From positions 6,778 through 70,777 of the forward strand of contig QHBO01000016.1 in the NCBI GenBank assembly GCA_003243965.1: 64,000 nt of DNA. The letters are read 5' to 3'. Positions within the stretch are counted from its first letter, which is position 1; each line of letters opens with the position of its first letter. Made by a program: the position numbers and the translations under genes. Positions 1-9,777 of this stretch are shown piece by piece. This DNA is from Chloroflexota bacterium. GTDB lineage: Bacteria; Chloroflexota; Limnocylindria; QHBO01. Under the pieces are notes generated by a model. That model saw nothing but the letters and a program-made list of their open reading frames with translations. It was not told the DNA's origin and did not search any database.

Positions 1-1224
1 GCCCCCGATCGGTCCGGAGCCGGCGAACACCAGCACGTAGAGCGACATCACCCGTCCGCGCAGCTCGTCCGGCACGCCATACTGGACCGCCACGTTGATG
101 GTGTTGATCATCAGCATTGAGCTCAGGCCAATGATCACCACCAGGCCATAGGCCAGCAGGGGTGCGCGGTTGAGGCCGAGCAGCACTTCGAACGCCACGA
201 AGAAGACGCCGCCGCCGATGATCAGCGGGATCAGCGGCCGCCGGCTCCCCGAGAAGGCCAGGCTCAGCGAGCCGATCAGCGAGCCGGCGCCCATGGCGGC
301 GTACAGCAGCCCGTAGCCGTGCGCACCGATATCGAGCGTGTTGCGCGCGAAGAGCGGCAGCAGCGTCTGGAAGTTCATGCCGAAGGTGCTCATCCCAAAC
401 AGCAGCACGAGCGGCCACAGCACACTCGGGGTTCGCAGCGCGTAGCTCACGCCCTCGCCCAGACTCTGTCGCACCGACGGAAAGTGGTCGGGACGGTGCG
501 CCCGATATAGGCCGATCGGGTCCATGGCGATCAGCGCCACCAACACGGTCCCATAGCTGACCGCGTTGATCCCGAAGTTGACCGCCGTGCCCCACAGCGC
601 CAGGGTCACCCCGGCGATGGCCGGCCCGATGACGCGCGCCGCGTTGAACGTCGCTGAGTTGAGCGCAATGGCGTTGATCAGGTCCTCGCGCGGGACGAGC
701 TCCGCGGCGAACGCCTGGCGGATCGGCATGTTGACCGCGTTGATCACGCCGAGCGACAGCGCGAGCAGGTAGATGTGCCAGATCTGGATCAGCCCCGAGG
801 CGGTCAGCCCGAACAGGACCAGCGCCTGGACCGCGGCGGCCACCTGGGTCGCGACCAGCGCGCGGCGCTTGTCGATCCGGTCAGCCAGCACACCGCCGAG
901 CGGCGCCAGCAGCGTCGAGGGGGCGAACTCGAGGGCGAGCACCAGGCCAAGCTGGAGCGGAGACCCGCCGAGCTGCAGCACCAGCCACGGCTCGCTGACC
1001 GACTGCATCCAGGTGCCGACCAGGCTGAGGATCTGGCCGAACATGTAGAGCCGGTAGTTGCGATGCCTGAGTGCGGCGACGCCCCGGCGTAAACCGCGCC
1101 TGCCTCGGCCGGTGCCCGAAGTGCGACCCGCGCCGCCGGCCCCATGATCGACAGGGGTCAGCAGGCGGAGACGAGGTGGAAGGGCGGCAGCCAGCAGCTG
1201 CCGGCGAAGCAGCGCGGCGAACAT
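1..1224 (-). CDS. MFS transporter (partial; C-terminus lies beyond window start)
   Basis: Minus-strand frame is open from base 1 up to an ATG at 1224 preceded by an in-frame TAA; my translation shows multiple hydrophobic helices and MFS-like motifs (RNYRLYMFGQ near the N-terminus, LYVLVFAGSGPIGG at the window edge). Not in the ORF track because its stop lies outside the window. Confidence 0.55.
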   Translation of the reverse strand, partial: MFAALLRRQLLAAALPPRLRLLTPVDHGAGGAGRTSGTGRGRRGLRRGVAALRHRNYRLYMFGQILSLVGTWMQSVSEPWLVLQLGGSPLQLGLVLALEFAPSTLLAPLGGVLADRIDKRRALVATQVAAAVQALVLFGLTASGLIQIWHIYLLALSLGVINAVNMPIRQAFAAELVPREDLINAIALNSATFNAARVIGPAIAGVTLALWGTAVNFGINAVSYGTVLVALIAMDPIGLYRAHRPDHFPSVRQSLGEGVSYALRTPSVLWPLVLLFGMSTFGMNFQTLLPLFARNTLDIGAHGYGLLYAAMGAGSLIGSLSLAFSGSRRPLIPLIIGGGVFFVAFEVLLGLNRAPLLAYGLVVIIGLSSMLMINTINVAVQYGVPDELRGRVMSLYVLVFAGSGPIGG

Positions 1225-1281
1225 TGGTTAACTATGCTAACAAATTGGTGGGTTGGCGGCAAGCCGCTCCCCGGGGCGCGG

Positions 1282-2961
1282 TCAGCTCCCGAACAGGATC
1301 TCGCGGATGATCGGCGTCGGCGGCGTGCCATGGGCGAGCACCGATTCGAGGAACGGCCGGTAACGGAACTCACCGCCGTCGGATGCAGTCGCCTTGCGCG
1401 CCGTTGCTTCCAGGTCGTGCATCTCGACGCTGCCCAGGAAGTACTCGCACAGCTGGGTCGACGAGAGGCGGGCGCGATCCCACTTGTTCGCCGCCTCCGC
1501 CTCTTCCTGGAAGCCGTCCTCGACCATCAGGCGCATCGCCTCCTCGCGCTCCATCTGCCCGGCGTGGATACCGATGTCCATCAGCGCATTGGTGATCGAG
1601 CGCAGGTAGAACTTCCAGTGCACGAGCATCAGCGCCGAGTCGTCGGAGCCGTAGCCGATGTCCATCATCACCTGGGTGACGTACACCGCCCATCCCTCGG
1701 CAAACACTCCGGACTGGAAGATGGCGCGGACCGGCGACGTTGACCGATTGGAGTAGGCGAGCTGGGTGTAGTGGCCCGGCACCGCCTCATGGATGGTGAG
1801 CAGGCGCAGCATGCGGGCGTTGTCCTCGCGCAGGTACGACTCCTTCTGAACATCGGACCACTCGTCAGGGGTCGGAGTGATGGCGAAGAAGCTCGAGAGG
1901 CCACGGTCGAGCGGGCCGGGCGGGATCAGCATCGCTCCGCCGAAGGCACGCAGGAACTGTGGCGTCCAGACGATCTCGAGCGGTTCGTCGGTCAGGCCCA
2001 ACAGGTCTCGCTCACCGATGAAGGCCTCGATGCGCGCGTTCTCGGCGCGACAGAAGTCGAGCAGCTCGTCGGCCCGCGGATGATCGGTGGCGATCGCGTC
2101 CAGCACCCCGCGCACGACCGTTCCGTCGTCCGCCGGCGGCGGCTCGGAACCGACCCAGTCGCTCCACAGATCGCGGGCCAGGCGCACCATCTCCGCGCGC
2201 ACCTCGATGAACGCCTGCGCGGCGCGTGTCTTCAGGTCCTCCGGGGTGCGGTCGGACTTCAGCGCGTGGCGGAACTTCTGCTCGTAGAGCTCGGCGCCCA
2301 GGCGGAAACCGCCGGTCGCGCGGGGAAGCAGGTCGTCACGCAGCCACGCCGTGTGCGCCTCCACCGCGCCCACCGCTGCCTCGACGGCGGGGCGGAGCTC
2401 GTCCACCAGGTCGGGGTCGCCGGTCGCCTGCGCTTCGGCGAGCGCGGTGCGGGCCAGGTCGGCGACCCCCGGCATGGTCGCCACCGCACGTTCGGCGTGG
2501 AATGCGGAGACCGGCCGCTCCCCGGGGTGCTCCAGCGCGGCGCGGGCCAGCTCGAGCGCCGCCGGCAGCGCGCGAAGTCGCGCGGCGACGCTGCGGAGCC
2601 GTACCGCCGGCGGCGCGAAGGGACGCGCGATCAGGGGAAAGAGGCCGTTCCCGAACAGGTAGACATAGCTCATCGGGCTCCATCGGTCTTCCTGCAGCGT
2701 CGCCTCGTTGAACTGCGCGGCCCGCAGGTAGGCGAGAAGGATCCGGAGATCGATCGCCTCGTCGCGCGTCAGCCCGGCGGATTCGAGCCCCGCCAGCCGC
2801 GCCTCGGCATCGGCAAGGAAGGCGAGCCGCGCACTCCGTCCGGCATCGGTCAGGTCCGGCCAGCGATCGTCGTGCGTGTGGTTGCCGGCCTCGGTGGCGG
2901 CAACCGGATAGTGGCCGAAATAGCCGTCGAGCGTCTCCTCGACGAGCGCGCGAACGTCCAT
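1282..2961 (-). CDS. DUF885-family metallopeptidase-like protein
   Basis: 559-aa ORF with HEAVPGHYTQ (HExxGH-like) motif and overall DUF885 architecture; RBS-like context. Confidence 0.55.
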   Translation of the reverse strand: MDVRALVEETLDGYFGHYPVAATEAGNHTHDDRWPDLTDAGRSARLAFLADAEARLAGLESAGLTRDEAIDLRILLAYLRAAQFNEATLQEDRWSPMSYVYLFGNGLFPLIARPFAPPAVRLRSVAARLRALPAALELARAALEHPGERPVSAFHAERAVATMPGVADLARTALAEAQATGDPDLVDELRPAVEAAVGAVEAHTAWLRDDLLPRATGGFRLGAELYEQKFRHALKSDRTPEDLKTRAAQAFIEVRAEMVRLARDLWSDWVGSEPPPADDGTVVRGVLDAIATDHPRADELLDFCRAENARIEAFIGERDLLGLTDEPLEIVWTPQFLRAFGGAMLIPPGPLDRGLSSFFAITPTPDEWSDVQKESYLREDNARMLRLLTIHEAVPGHYTQLAYSNRSTSPVRAIFQSGVFAEGWAVYVTQVMMDIGYGSDDSALMLVHWKFYLRSITNALMDIGIHAGQMEREEAMRLMVEDGFQEEAEAANKWDRARLSSTQLCEYFLGSVEMHDLEATARKATASDGGEFRYRPFLESVLAHGTPPTPIIREILFGS

Positions 2962-3019
2962 GGCAGCCCTCGTGACGGAGTCGCAATCGTACCCAATCCT
3001 TTGCTAGCCTTGGCGCCCG

Positions 3020-3742
3020 ATGAGCGACAACCTCTGCTACACCGATGCCTACGCGCGCGCCACGCGCTGCACGGTGACGGCGATCGACGGCGCTTCGGTG
3101 CTGTTGGACCGCACCGTCTTCTATCCGGGCGGAGGCGGCCAGCCGGCCGACAACGGGTGGCTGCGCACCGACGACGGCCGCGGCTGGCGCGTGACACGGG
3201 CCCGCCGGCAGGATGACGACATCTGGCACGAGCTGGCGACCGACGATCCGGTCCCCGAGCCCGGGACCGAGATGACTGCCGAGCTCGACTGGGATCGGCG
3301 TCACCGGCTGATGCGCACCCACTCGGCGCTCCACGTCCTGTGCGGCGTCGTCTGGCGCGATCACCGAGCGTCGGTCACCGGCGGCAACATGGAGCCCCTC
3401 AGCGGCCGGATGGACTTCGAGTTCGAGTCGATGCACGCCGAGCTGGTGGCCGACATCGAGCAGCGGGTGAACACGGAGATCGCCGCCGACCGCGATATCC
3501 GGGTCAGCATCCTGGCGCGCGACGAGGCGTTCGCGATTCCCGACCTGATCCGTACCAAGATCAACCTGCTGCCCGCGGGGATCAGCGTGGTGCGCACGAT
3601 CGAGATCGTCGGCCTCGACCTGCAGGCGGACGGCGGCACTCACGTTGCGCGGACCGCGGAGATCGGCCGCGTCCGGATCACCGGCTACGAGTCCAAGGGG
3701 CGGATCAACAAGCGGATCCGGATGGCCGTCGAGGACGCCTGA
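3020..3742 (+). CDS. AlaX-like alanyl-tRNA editing / tRNA_SAD domain protein
   Basis: 240 aa; HSALHVL (HxxxH) and GGTHV motifs typical of the AlaRS/ThrRS second additional domain; size matches AlaX-M. Confidence 0.5.
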   Translation: MSDNLCYTDAYARATRCTVTAIDGASVLLDRTVFYPGGGGQPADNGWLRTDDGRGWRVTRARRQDDDIWHELATDDPVPEPGTEMTAELDWDRRHRLMRTHSALHVLCGVVWRDHRASVTGGNMEPLSGRMDFEFESMHAELVADIEQRVNTEIAADRDIRVSILARDEAFAIPDLIRTKINLLPAGISVVRTIEIVGLDLQADGGTHVARTAEIGRVRITGYESKGRINKRIRMAVEDA

Positions 3743-3800
3743 GGGTCCTCGCGGCGGACGACACCGCGGCCCGGCGCCCTTGATCGGGCCAGATCACCCG

Positions 3801-4832
3801 TCAGTGAGGCGGCGGAACGAGGCGACCGAAGCGCTCGGGGTCCATGCAGGCCGCGACCTGGATGGCGTTCAGCGCCGCCCCCTTGCGCAGGTTGTCGCTG
3901 CTCAGGAACAACGCGAATCCCCGGGCGCGACCGGGGATTGCCCGAAGGCGGCCGACGATCACCGGGTCGCGGCCCTCAGCGTCGAGCGGCATCGGGTGGC
4001 GGGCGCTGCCGTCGGCTGGCCGGTACTCCAGACCCGGAGCGGCACGCAGCGCTTCCTCCAGCTCTGTAACGGCCAGCGCGCGAGCGGTACGCAGGTGCAC
4101 GGCCACCGAGTGGCCGGTGTGGACCGGGACGCGGACCGCGGTCGCGGCAACGTCGAGAGCCGGCAGCCCGAGGATCCTGCGCACCTCCCCGCGAATCTTG
4201 TTCTCCTCGCCGGTCCAGCCGTCGTCGGACAGGATGTCGATCTGCGGGACCACGTTGTCGGCGATCCGGCCGTGGAACGGCGAGCCCGCGGCCTTGTCGC
4301 GATGCCGGCTGCCCCGCTCCGCGAGGAACGCGTCGAGGCCCGGACGACCGGCCCCACTGACCGCCTGGTACGAGGCCAGATCGACCGACTCCAGCCCCGC
4401 GGCATCGCGGATCGGTGCCAGCACCACGACCGCCGCGGCGGTGGTGCAGTTCGGGTTGGCAATCAGGTTGCCGGCGTAGCCGCGGAGCGTCTTCCCGTTC
4501 GCCTCGGGCACCACCAGCGGCACGGTCGGATCGAGCCGAAAGGCGCTGGAGTTGTCGATCACCAGCGGAACGCGCCGTCCGGCGCCGGCGACGATGTCGC
4601 GCGAGGCCGGACCATCGGTCGCCAGGAACAGGAGGTCGAGCTCGGATGCTGCCGCGTCGTCCAGTGGCCGGACCTCCACGTCGGCGGTGCCGAACCGCAC
4701 GCCGCCCGCCTCGCGACCACGCCCGAAGGCGCGCAGCCGGTCAACCGGGAGGCCCGCATCGGCGAGGATCGACAGGAAGATGCCACCCACCACGCCACGT
4801 GCGCCGGCGACGCCGACGGTCGGCCAGCTCAC
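3801..4832 (-). CDS. asd: aspartate-semialdehyde dehydrogenase
   Basis: Translation carries GARGVVG NAD(P) fold, NPNCTT active-site Cys region and a SDNLRKGAALNAIQ C-terminus; GTG start at 4832 overlaps the hom stop (GTGA). Confidence 0.8.
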   Translation of the reverse strand: MSWPTVGVAGARGVVGGIFLSILADAGLPVDRLRAFGRGREAGGVRFGTADVEVRPLDDAAASELDLLFLATDGPASRDIVAGAGRRVPLVIDNSSAFRLDPTVPLVVPEANGKTLRGYAGNLIANPNCTTAAAVVVLAPIRDAAGLESVDLASYQAVSGAGRPGLDAFLAERGSRHRDKAAGSPFHGRIADNVVPQIDILSDDGWTGEENKIRGEVRRILGLPALDVAATAVRVPVHTGHSVAVHLRTARALAVTELEEALRAAPGLEYRPADGSARHPMPLDAEGRDPVIVGRLRAIPGRARGFALFLSSDNLRKGAALNAIQVAACMDPERFGRLVPPPH

Positions 4833-5770
4833 CCGATGGCTCCGTGCCGCGGCGCGAACAGGATCGGCCGCTCGCCGGCGCTCAGGCGAGCGAGATCGGC
4901 GTACAGCGCGCCGGCGGTGGCGCGCCCGCCGGCGCCCGGACCGACGAGAAGATGGGGATCGGTATCGGTCAACTCCACCACGAGCCCGCTCGCGACCCCC
5001 GAGACACCGGCCAGGGGCGAGGAGGGAGGCAGTCTCATCGGTCGCACGGTCATGCGCTCCGGTGTCGCCTCGGCGACGAGGCGCACGGTCGCCCCGGGCT
5101 CGAGCCGGATGCCAACGATACCCTGCCGTTCGACCTCGGACTCGGACCGCCAGCCGCCCCATGCCACCGATGCGAGGATCGCCAGCTTCTGCGCGGCATC
5201 GCGGCCCTCGACGTCGAAGGTCGGATCGGCCTCGGCGTAGCCGGCGTCCTGAGCAGCCTGCAGCGCCTGGGCGTAGGTATTGCCTCGGGCCATGGCGCTC
5301 AGCATGAAGGTGGTGGTCGCGTTCAGCACCCCGCGCAGCCGCTCGATCCGACCGGTGGCCGCCAGATGGGCGACGAGCTCGATCATCGGTGCGCCGCCTC
5401 CGACCGATGCGGACGCCAGCAGCGCCCCACCGTGCCCGGTGGCAAGCTCGGCGAGGAGCGCCCCGTGCGTGGCGAGGAGTGCCTTATTGGCGGTCACGTA
5501 CGCCCGTCCGCGCGTCAGCGAGTCGCGCGCCCAGTCGAGCGCTGCGTCGACGCCACCGACGACCTCGACGACGATCTCGGCCTCGCGAATCAGCTCCGGC
5601 GGCGACATGAGCGGAACGCCTGCGGGGAGCGGAGTGGCGCGGCCGCGGGAGGGATCACGGACCGCAAGCGCCACGATCTGGACCCGGACCGGTCCCTGGG
5701 CGATCAGCAGGCCGAGTGCGGACCCCACGGTGCCCCAGCCGATGAGCCCGATGCGGAGCGTGTCACTCAT
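4829..5770 (-). CDS. hom: homoserine dehydrogenase (short form, no ACT domain)
   Basis: IGLIGWGTVGS Rossmann motif, homoserine DH catalytic region (FDVEGRDAAQKLAILA); placed directly upstream of asd. Confidence 0.75.
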   Translation of the reverse strand: MSDTLRIGLIGWGTVGSALGLLIAQGPVRVQIVALAVRDPSRGRATPLPAGVPLMSPPELIREAEIVVEVVGGVDAALDWARDSLTRGRAYVTANKALLATHGALLAELATGHGGALLASASVGGGAPMIELVAHLAATGRIERLRGVLNATTTFMLSAMARGNTYAQALQAAQDAGYAEADPTFDVEGRDAAQKLAILASVAWGGWRSESEVERQGIVGIRLEPGATVRLVAEATPERMTVRPMRLPPSSPLAGVSGVASGLVVELTDTDPHLLVGPGAGGRATAGALYADLARLSAGERPILFAPRHGAIG

Positions 5771-5819
5771 CGCGCCGAGTCTACCGGTCGGCTCCGTCCG
5801 CGCAGGCTATCCTCCGCGC

Positions 5820-6158
5820 ATGGGTGCCACCGAGACCGTCGACCTGTTCTTCGAGCTGATCAACGATGACCACCGCGATAAGGCGGTCGCCCTGTTTGCC
5901 GAGCACGCGGTGCTGGGAATCTCCGTTCCGGGGTCCTCGGAGCGGACGAACCTGCGCGGGCGAGACAAGGTCGGCGGATGGTTCGTCCGGGCCGGCGACG
6001 GGTTCCGGATGTTCGCGAACGACGGGCGGAGCATGGGGGCGAGCTACATCGCCGATTGCACCGTACTGCGTCCCGGCGTCGCCCCGATGCGGCTCGAGGC
6101 GAATTTCCGGGTCGAGAACGGCCAGATCGTGTCGCTCTTCCTGCAGCCGACCGGTTAG
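5820..6158 (+). CDS. NTF2/SnoaL-like small protein
   Basis: 112-aa ORF from an internal ATG of track ORF 5280..6158; fold-family guess from size and composition only. Confidence 0.35.
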   Translation: MGATETVDLFFELINDDHRDKAVALFAEHAVLGISVPGSSERTNLRGRDKVGGWFVRAGDGFRMFANDGRSMGASYIADCTVLRPGVAPMRLEANFRVENGQIVSLFLQPTG

Positions 6159-6180
6159 CGATCCTGCGGCATCGGGCCGG

Positions 6181-7401
6181 TCAGTCGTCGTGATCCTTGC
6201 CGCCGCGCGGTGCCGGCGCCGCCTGGGCTTTGGGGGAGAGCGTCGGCGTCGACACTGACGTTGGTCGTGACGGCCGGCTCGTGGCCGAGGCCAGCCTCTG
6301 GTCGGCGGCGCGAACCGGCGTCACCGCCTGCTGGCCGCCGGGCGACGCGCCGCCGAGCGCCGTGAACCCGAAGACGCCGGCGACGAGCGCCACCAGCAGC
6401 GCCACCGCCGCCCATGCCGGCAAGCCGGAGCGACGCCGCTCCGCGCGCGACGGGGCCGAGCCGCGTCGCCGACCGATGGCCGGAACGATCGAGCTCACAC
6501 GTGCCATGGTGGTGGGCAGCGTGCGACCGTCGAGCCAGGCGCGCAGCGCGCCGGCCATCTCTCCCGCGTGCCGAGGTCGGTGCGCGAGGTCGGGTGCCAG
6601 CGCTGCAGCGACGATCGCGGCCAGCCTGGGGTCCACGTCGGACAGCGGTGGCGGGCCGGCGGCCTGCTGCTCGGCGAGCGCGAGCGGCGTGGATGCCTGG
6701 AAGGGTGGCTGCCCGGCCAGCGCCTCGTAGAGCATCACGCCCAGACCGAACAGATCGGCGCGTGGCCCGACGCTGCCGCCGGCGAGCTGCTCCGGCGCCA
6801 TGTAGCGGAGCGTGCCGATCACCGTGCCGGTCATCGTCATTCGGTCCGCTGCTTCACCGAGCAGGCGCGCGATGCCGAAGTCGGCAAGCTTGGCGCGCCC
6901 GGTGGCATCGAGCAGCACGTTGGCAGGCTTCAGATCGCGGTGCACGATCCCGCGTTTGTGGGCGTGGAACAGCGCGTCGGCCAGGTCGGCTCCGATCCTG
7001 GCGGCGTCGCGCGCCGGAATCCGCCCGTCCCGCTCGAGGCGCTGCGCGAGCGTCCCGCCCTCGACCAGCTCGAGGATGATGGCGGGCCGCTCGCCGAGCA
7101 CGTCAACGTCGTAGACGCGGACGATCGAGCGGTGCGACAGCGAGGCGACGGCACGCGCTTCGGCCGCCAGCCGCCGTCGGGAGCGCTCGTCCGGAAGCAG
7201 GTGCGCGTGAAGGAGCTTGATCGCAACCGGGCGTGCGAGCCGCAGGTCGTGGCCCCGCCACACGTCGGCGCTGCCGCCCCGGGCAAGGAGCTCGACCAAG
7301 CGGTAGCGCCCAAGCACGAGGCCGTCGGCGGTGCCGACCGCGCCAGCCACAAGCCCCGGCGGCCTCGCGGCCCCGGTGCGAACGGGCATCTTGTCGGGCA
7401 T
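6181..7401 (-). CDS. Ser/Thr protein kinase with C-terminal TM segment
   Basis: Hanks kinase motifs: VAIK, HRDLKPAN, DFG, APE; one hydrophobic helix (AAVALLVALVAGVFGF) then a Pro/Ser/Thr tail. Start placed at MPDKMP, after which the kinase domain begins. Confidence 0.75.
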   Translation of the reverse strand: MPDKMPVRTGAARPPGLVAGAVGTADGLVLGRYRLVELLARGGSADVWRGHDLRLARPVAIKLLHAHLLPDERSRRRLAAEARAVASLSHRSIVRVYDVDVLGERPAIILELVEGGTLAQRLERDGRIPARDAARIGADLADALFHAHKRGIVHRDLKPANVLLDATGRAKLADFGIARLLGEAADRMTMTGTVIGTLRYMAPEQLAGGSVGPRADLFGLGVMLYEALAGQPPFQASTPLALAEQQAAGPPPLSDVDPRLAAIVAAALAPDLAHRPRHAGEMAGALRAWLDGRTLPTTMARVSSIVPAIGRRRGSAPSRAERRRSGLPAWAAVALLVALVAGVFGFTALGGASPGGQQAVTPVRAADQRLASATSRPSRPTSVSTPTLSPKAQAAPAPRGGKDHDD

Positions 7402-7490
7402 TTGTCCGCGAGACGGTGCAAGAAGGGTGCTAGGGATCGCCGTTGCGGTGCGCGCCGTCAACGCCGCGCGCAGGTCATGATCGCCGCCGA

Positions 7491-8249
7491 TCAGCGAAAG
7501 AGGTCCCGCTCCGCATCCATGACGAGGGCCGCGGCCCGTCCCGCGCCGGGTGCGTAGCGGTAGCCGCGGATGACGACCACCGGGCAATGGCTCGTCTTGC
7601 CCGCAGCCAGGTCAGCAGCCGAGGCCAGCTCGTCCGCGACGGCGATGACCGTGGAGTGCATCTCGCGTCCATCGGCATCGGGCTGGCCACGGAGGTCGAT
7701 GAGCACCTCGAGGCCGGCCGCGCCGAGCGCCACGTCCACGATCCCGTTGCGCCAGGGTCGCCCGAACGAGTCCGAGAGGATGACCGCCGGAGCGGCACCG
7801 CTGATTCGGCGCACGCCGTCGCGCAATTCGAGGGCGGAGGTGTCCGGATCGACCGGGAGCAAGGTCGCGGAGTCCGCGCCGCCGACGTTGGACAGATCGA
7901 CACCCGCGTTGGCGCACACGAACCCATGGCGGGTCCGGCTGATGATCAGCCCGCCCGGGCCCATCCGCACCAGGTCGGTGCTCTCTCGCAGGACGAGCTC
8001 GATCTGTCGGGGGTCCTTGCCCCAGCGCTCCCCCACCTGCCGCGCGAAAGCGGACGGGTCGACTGTGGCGAGATCGACCACGCGGCCCTCGGCCTTGGAC
8101 ACGATCTTCTGGGTGACCACCACGACGTCGTCATCGGTCAGACCGATGCCCTGCGCAGCTGCTGCCGCGCAGATCAGGGCGGCCAGATCGTCACCGGGCG
8201 ACACCTCGGGGATGCCATCCAGCGCCAGCAGCTCGATGCCCTGCGTCAC
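7491..8249 (-). CDS. cofE: coenzyme F420-0:L-glutamate ligase (stand-alone CofE, no FbiB C-terminal domain)
   Basis: 252 aa, CofE-like throughout; GTG start overlaps the cofC stop. Confidence 0.7.
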   Translation of the reverse strand: MTQGIELLALDGIPEVSPGDDLAALICAAAAAQGIGLTDDDVVVVTQKIVSKAEGRVVDLATVDPSAFARQVGERWGKDPRQIELVLRESTDLVRMGPGGLIISRTRHGFVCANAGVDLSNVGGADSATLLPVDPDTSALELRDGVRRISGAAPAVILSDSFGRPWRNGIVDVALGAAGLEVLIDLRGQPDADGREMHSTVIAVADELASAADLAAGKTSHCPVVVIRGYRYAPGAGRAAALVMDAERDLFR

Positions 8250-8839
8250 GCCGCGTCGCCCATGTCAAGCCACCGGACGAGGTCAGCGGGGGTGTCCAGG
8301 TCGAATGCGAGCCCGGGCCGCTCCACCACCGAGACCGTGGCGCCCGCGGCCGATGCCGCAGTGCGGTGAGCGGCGAAGCTTTCCGGGCCGAACGCGAAGC
8401 CGATGACATCGGCCGGGCGCAGCGCCAGCCCGTTCGTTCCGGTCCCCGCCCGGTCGGGGGCGATGGCCACCGCCCGCCCGCCGTCGACCGCCTCGAGGAG
8501 CGCGCGCACGTCGGCGGGCGTGATGTTGGGGAGATCCCCGTGCAGCACCGCAAGGCAAGGGATTCCCTCGGCGAGCGCCGCGCTGCGCGCCTGCTCCAGG
8601 CCGGCATTCAGGCCCATCCCGCGCTGCACGACCATCCGGGCGCCCGCCGGCTCGACGAGCTCCCCGAGCGCGGGATCGGGCGAGATGACGCACACCTCTG
8701 CGCCGGACGCAGCCGCAGCCTCCAGCACGTGGAGCAGCAGGCGTCGCGCGAGCGCCAGCCGTTCGTCCGGCGACAGGACCGATGCGAGGCGCGTCTTCGC
8801 GATCCCCAGTCCGCGGTGCGGGATGATGATCCGGGTCAC
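8246..8839 (-). CDS. cofC: 2-phospho-L-lactate guanylyltransferase (CofC/FbiD)
   Basis: About 197 aa from a GTG preceded by GGGAGG; nucleotidyltransferase fold motifs (IIPHRGLGIAKTRL...LHGDLP); overlaps cofD end and cofE start. Confidence 0.7.
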   Translation of the reverse strand: MTRIIIPHRGLGIAKTRLASVLSPDERLALARRLLLHVLEAAAASGAEVCVISPDPALGELVEPAGARMVVQRGMGLNAGLEQARSAALAEGIPCLAVLHGDLPNITPADVRALLEAVDGGRAVAIAPDRAGTGTNGLALRPADVIGFAFGPESFAAHRTAASAAGATVSVVERPGLAFDLDTPADLVRWLDMGDAA

Positions 8840-9777
8840 CTCCCGAGCATAGCGTCCGCGGCCGAGATGATCCTTCTGGCGAGCTCGGCTCGGTCCTCCT
8901 CGGTCGACATCACGGTGGGCAGGACATCGACGGCCATTCCCAACGCGGCGATGGCGGGGGCAAGCTCCGCGTCCTGCTCGTCGAGCACGAAGCGGTCGAC
9001 GATGCCAGCGTACAGACGGGCGACGCCGAGCGCGCTGACCTCGTGCCCGAGCGAAGCAAGCATCCGATCTGCAGGCCCCTTGAGAGCGTGCCCGCCGATG
9101 ATCGGGCTGACCGCCACGCACGCCGCGGCCGCGCCCTGCACCCCCTCGCGCATGCCGCGGATGCCGAGGATCGGCGCGACGCTGACGATCGGGTTGGACG
9201 GGGCGATCACGATCAGGTCCGCCTCCGCGATGGCGGCGATCGCCGCGGGCGACGGCCGCGCCTGCTCGATGCCGGCGAACCGGACGCCCCGCACCTCGTC
9301 GCGCTGTGCCCGGGCCACGAAGTAGGTCTGGAAGTCGAGCTCGCCGGCATCGGTCGAGACCACGGTGCGCACCGGGTCATCGGTCGCCGGGACGACCTGG
9401 GTGGTGACTCCCAGCGAGCCGGCCAGGGCGCGCGAGACATCGGTCAGGGTCGACCCCTCGCGGAGGAGGCGCGATCGACGGACGTGGGTGGCAAGGTCCG
9501 CGTCGCCGATCCGGAACCAGGTCGGCTCGCCGAGACGGCCCAGCATCTCGAGCGCGGTCCACGTGTCGCCGCGGACGCCCCAGCCGGATTCGCCGACGAT
9601 GCCGGCCAGCGTGTACAGGACGCTGTCGAGATCGGGGCTGACGTGCAGCCCGAAGAGCTCGAGGTCGTCCGCAACGTTGGCGATGACCGTCAGCTCGCCC
9701 GCCCCGACGACGTGTTGGAAGCCGTGCGCCAGCTTCGCCCCCCCGGTCCCGCCGGCCAGCACGACGACGCTCGTCAG
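8836..9777 (-). CDS. cofD: 2-phospho-L-lactate transferase (CofD/FbiA)
   Basis: Signature VVVLAGGTGGAKL N-terminus and CofD/UPF0052 family body. True start uncertain (CTG at 9777 or GTG at 9762); the upstream 165 nt of the track ORF overlap the preceding LLM gene and look non-coding. Confidence 0.7.
   Translation of the reverse strand: MTSVVVLAGGTGGAKLAHGFQHVVGAGELTVIANVADDLELFGLHVSPDLDSVLYTLAGIVGESGWGVRGDTWTALEMLGRLGEPTWFRIGDADLATHVRRSRLLREGSTLTDVSRALAGSLGVTTQVVPATDDPVRTVVSTDAGELDFQTYFVARAQRDEVRGVRFAGIEQARPSPAAIAAIAEADLIVIAPSNPIVSVAPILGIRGMREGVQGAAAACVAVSPIIGGHALKGPADRMLASLGHEVSALGVARLYAGIVDRFVLDEQDAELAPAIAALGMAVDVLPTVMSTEEDRAELARRIISAADAMLGR

Noticed and set aside
3645-5240. 531-aa plus-strand ORF
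   Set aside because: Antisense of asd and hom.
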